Assembly (NCBI RefSeq): GCF_006345805.1
Contig: NW_021833500.1
Location: 1-34,416 of the forward strand
Direction: 5' to 3'
Length of the DNA stretch: 34,416 bases
Origin: Octopus sinensis
Taxonomy: Eukaryota
The notes under the pieces are model-generated. The model was given only the letters and a program-made list of their open reading frames with translations. It was not told where the DNA came from and searched no databases. The stretch's first letter is position 1, and each line of letters starts with the position of its first letter. This document shows positions 32,759 through 34,416 of this stretch, piece by piece. The translations under genes and the position numbers were made by a program.

Positions 32759-33150
32759 TTATTGTTTTGATCGTTTTGATAAAATATAGTCCATTCCCTT
32801 CCAGTACTTTTGGTAATCTTTTGTGTATTTGTAGAAAGGAAAGATCTTGAACCTGATCTTTTCAAATATTTCCAGATGCTTACTCATTTCTGTGTGATGT
32901 TCTGTCTATGAATTCTTGCATGTTAGCAAAGGGTTTCACCAATATAATTTTCCTTGCAACTGAGACAGGTTATACAGTATATGACATTCTGTGTCTTGCA
33001 GTTCATAGCTGCATTTACTTAGAAGGAGAAGCCACTTTTAAATTCTAGATAGGAACCAGTGACCAAATATTTGAAGCTATTGTTGCATGTTCCACATCTA
33101 TTACCTCCACAGTCCTTCATAAAGAATTCTGAATTACCCTCTGAAGTGAA
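32759..33150 (-). pseudogene. Penelope-like GIY-YIG endonuclease remnant
   Basis: Minus strand RCGTCNNSFKYLVTGSYLEFKSGFSF*VNAAMNCKTQNVIYCITCLSCKENYIGETLC*HARIHRQ, then MSKHLEIFEKIRFKIFPFYK: VIY/YIG motifs with flanking Cys/His residues typical of PLE endonucleases. Confidence 0.9.
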
Positions 33151-33204
33151 TGCTGCCCTGGAGAGATTTTAGAGAGGCAAAAGCACCTACACGCACACAT
33201 ACAC

Positions 33205-33365
33205 ACACGGCAGTAACTTCCGCCTGCCGAAATTCAATCACAAAGCTTCGGTCAGCTCGGAGCTATAGCAGAAGACACCTACCCAAAGCGCCACGCAGTG
33301 GGACTGAACCCGAAACCATATAGCTAGGAAGCAAGCTCCCTAACCACACAGCCATGCCCGCGCCT
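33205..33365 (-). mobile_element. Degenerate 5' part of the CORE-like SINE
   Basis: CTATAGCAGAAGACAC...CAGTGGGACTGAACCCG...ACCACACAGCCA. Confidence 0.82.
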
Positions 33366-33562
33366 ACAGCCATGCCCATATATATATATATATATATATA
33401 TGCATAAACACACAATTAGACTAGAATACTTATGTGTATATCATTTGTAATGTATATACAGGTATAGTTTGGTGTTATCTGTAATATTTTGTAATATTTC
33501 TGAAACAAAATGTAACAGTTAGCACTGTTCTCTCTTTGTATATACATTATAAATTATACACC

Positions 33563-33608
<46 letters not shown>

Positions 33609-34034
33609 CATAGAGAGAGAGTGGATACATACTGAAATGGCATAAATACATATATGAAATAAACATCAACTGAGATAGAACAATGGCAACAGGCCAATAA
33701 CATCACTTACAAGTGACCTAGAAATTAAAAGACCCTTGATATAATCAGGTCGTTGCCTACATATTGTTTCTATGTATTATTTATCTTTTCAATTCTCAAG
33801 GGTGTTTAAAGCTAATTCAGCCATGGAAGGATTTGAACCCAAGGCAGTAAACTAGGGAAAGTTTTGTCAATTATCCAATTTATTTAACATTTGTCTCACA
33901 TTAAAATATATAGATTAGTCTTGTTTGTGGCTATAAATCTCAATGAATTCAGATAATCAGAATTTGTTTCCTTTGGAGAATTTATCATGAATAGCGTTTT
34001 ATTTATTACTTATTTCTTAACATCACTGTTTTGT

Positions 34035-34416
34035 CATCATCATCAGCAGCAGCAACATCGTTATTCTGTGACTGTTTATCTATACTTGCTTGAGTTGGAT
34101 GTGCTTTCCCTCAGTACAGCATCTCACCTCGTGTTGCAGTCTTTTGTCATCTCTTTGCGACCTCATGATTCTTGCTTTCGTTTTCTCATTTGGAATTTCT
34201 TTTCTGACTCTTTGACAGATTCATCTAATGAGAACGAGGTCATCGACATACAGGAGTTTCCATAGAAACACACACACATGTATGTATATATTTGCACCCT
34301 CTCTATTTTAGTCATCACCAACTCTACATCCACTTACTATGTCATATTGCATTCTCAAGTCCACCCCCTCTTAACAGCTCCAATCCATCCTACCACACCT
34401 CTTCAGGGATCTTCCT
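34035..34416 (-). mobile_element. RTE reverse-transcriptase fragment, runs off the window end
   Basis: Minus strand LWKLLYVDDLVLI (YADD motif at 34239-34250) and ESVKESEKKFQM, ending in a TAACGATG...(GAT)n tail-like sequence. Confidence 0.8.

Noticed and set aside
32876-32968. Apparent + strand exon AYSFLCDVLSMNSCMLAKGFTNIIFLATET with good splice sites
   Set aside because: It is the antisense of the Penelope GIY-YIG remnant, which explains the open frame.

Overview
Very AT-rich, microsatellite-dense eukaryotic DNA. The SINE/LINE families and repeat density suggest an octopus-like cephalopod (inference, no database search run). No complete protein-coding gene is visible, and almost all ORF-track entries are translated microsatellites. 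The window is a patchwork of decayed transposons: a Tc1/mariner element with TIRs, RTE LINE fragments, R4/Dong-like remnants, a Penelope GIY-YIG remnant, a Helitron and several tRNA-derived SINE families, some with clear TSDs. A strand-polarised stack of retroposons sits in (AAT)n tracts at about 12-19.4 kb. The most striking signal is at 24.27-25.76 kb: two long fold-back inverted repeats whose arms each carry a minimal type I hammerhead ribozyme motif pointing away from the loop, plus an unrelated compact hammerhead and a half copy. A third long hairpin at 2.87-3.20 kb has a damaged hammerhead-like motif in its loop. A few isolated exon-like segments are listed at low confidence. All alignments and translations were done by eye, so repeat boundaries are approximate.
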